A stretch of DNA of 64,000 bases. Origin: Candidatus Nomurabacteria bacterium. Its GTDB lineage: Bacteria; Patescibacteriota; Minisyncoccia; Phycocordibacterales; UBA9973. Below are positions 63,459-64,000 of this stretch, one piece after another. The stretch is taken from assembly GCA_029288725.1 (NCBI GenBank), contig JARIGS010000015.1, positions 3,518 to 67,517 on the forward strand. The letters run 5' to 3'. Position numbers and translations under genes: made by a program. Position 1 is the stretch's first letter. Every line of letters starts with the position of its first letter. A model generated the notes under the pieces. The model saw only the letters and a list, made by a program, of their open reading frames with translations. It searched no databases and had not been told where the DNA came from.

Positions 63459-64000
63459 GGTGTTCTACTTTTCTTTTTTTATAATTTTTTGCATCACTGA
63501 CAATTACCCCATCACGGATGACAATGATGCGATCGGCATGTTCTGCCACCTCTGGTTCGTGCGTGATCAGTACGACGGTACGACCCAGGGTTTCGTTCAG
63601 TTGTTGAAAGGTGCCGAGTACGATCTCGCCTGTTCGGGTATCAAGGTTACCAGTCGGCTCATCGGCAAGAATCATAGTCGGATTGTTCACCAAGGCACGG
63701 GCAATGGCCACGCGTTGAATCTGTCCTCCGGATAACTGATTGGACTTGTGCGTATAATACCGTTCATCAAGGCCGGCAGACTGCAATGCAGCGCGGGCAT
63801 CAGCCTCGCGCTTTTCTGGCAATTCGTTGGCATAGATCAAAGGCAGCGTGACATTGCGCAAGACGGTCGTGCGTGGCAGGAGGTTGAATGACTGGAAGAC
63901 GAAACCGATCTTATCACGACGAATGTCTGCCAAGGCATCGTCGGACATCGTCGACACATCCTTGCCATCCAGGAAATAGGTTCCGGAAGTCGGCGTATCA
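63448..64000 (-). CDS. ABC transporter ATP-binding protein (MacB/LolD-type), N-terminus beyond window
   Basis: ABC signature [15 protein letters not shown], Walker [13 protein letters not shown]-loop. Reading frame continues to window end. Confidence 0.85.
   Translation of the reverse strand, partial: DTPTSGTYFLDGKDVSTMSDDALADIRRDKIGFVFQSFNLLPRTTVLRNVTLPLIYANELPEKREADARAALQSAGLDERYYTHKSNQLSGGQIQRVAIARALVNNPTMILADEPTGNLDTRTGEIVLGTFQQLNETLGRTVVLITHEPEVAEHADRIIVIRDGVIVSDAKNYKKRKVEHHDY

Noticed and set aside
1-64000. CRISPR arrays, cas genes, transposases, integrases, restriction-modification or toxin-antitoxin pairs
   Set aside because: No short regularly spaced direct repeats, no transposase/integrase/RT-like ORFs, no methyltransferase motifs (DPPY, FxGxG) seen in any unassigned ORF. 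The only nuclease-like mobile candidate is the HNH gene at 1453-1974.

Overview
The window is a gene-dense 64-kb stretch of a small-genome bacterium (about 48-50% GC). Compact RpoB/RpoC, archaeal-type ProRS, many small membrane proteins and Firmicutes-like YtxH/DUF948/lmo0937 proteins suggest a CPR/Saccharibacteria-like lineage, but this cannot be confirmed from sequence alone. Almost all coding capacity is core housekeeping.

Translation: lepA, leuS, proS, rpsB-tsf, rpsP-KH-trmD, tgt, RNase R and RNase J. Transcription and replication: dnaG-rpoD and rpoC-rpoB. Nucleotide-excision repair: uvrC, uvrA and uvrB all lie within 8.5 kb, and a MutY-like glycosylase is elsewhere. Envelope and division: murJ, ddl, mreBC, ftsB, an O-antigen-ligase/TPR protein, a PgaC-like GT2 flanked by two thioredoxin-fold proteins, CapA, SecG, MFS and MacB-type ABC genes. 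There are two tRNAs (Phe-GAA, Thr-UGU).

No CRISPR array, transposase, integrase or recognisable defence operon is present. Several genes sit 6-7 nt downstream of perfect TATAAT/TATACT -10 boxes, implying leaderless mRNAs.

Most worth a second look:
- A roughly 250-nt orphan transcription unit (consensus promoter to intrinsic terminator, no ORF) inside a 620-bp gene-free gap at 54.0-54.6 kb, a candidate unclassified sRNA.
- A 1228-aa FN3/SGNH-hydrolase/PG-binding surface protein lying between the KH gene and trmD in the rpsP-KH-trmD operon, and carrying an 89-bp exact internal repeat.
- Four low-GC orphan genes: a leaderless HNH endonuclease next to tRNA-Phe with a duplicated tRNA 5' end, and ORFs at 24.3, 28.5 and 44.7 kb.
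- A palindromic TATCCTAG/CTAGGATA motif shared by two promoter-proximal sites.
- A histone-H1-like lysine-rich tail on RpoD.
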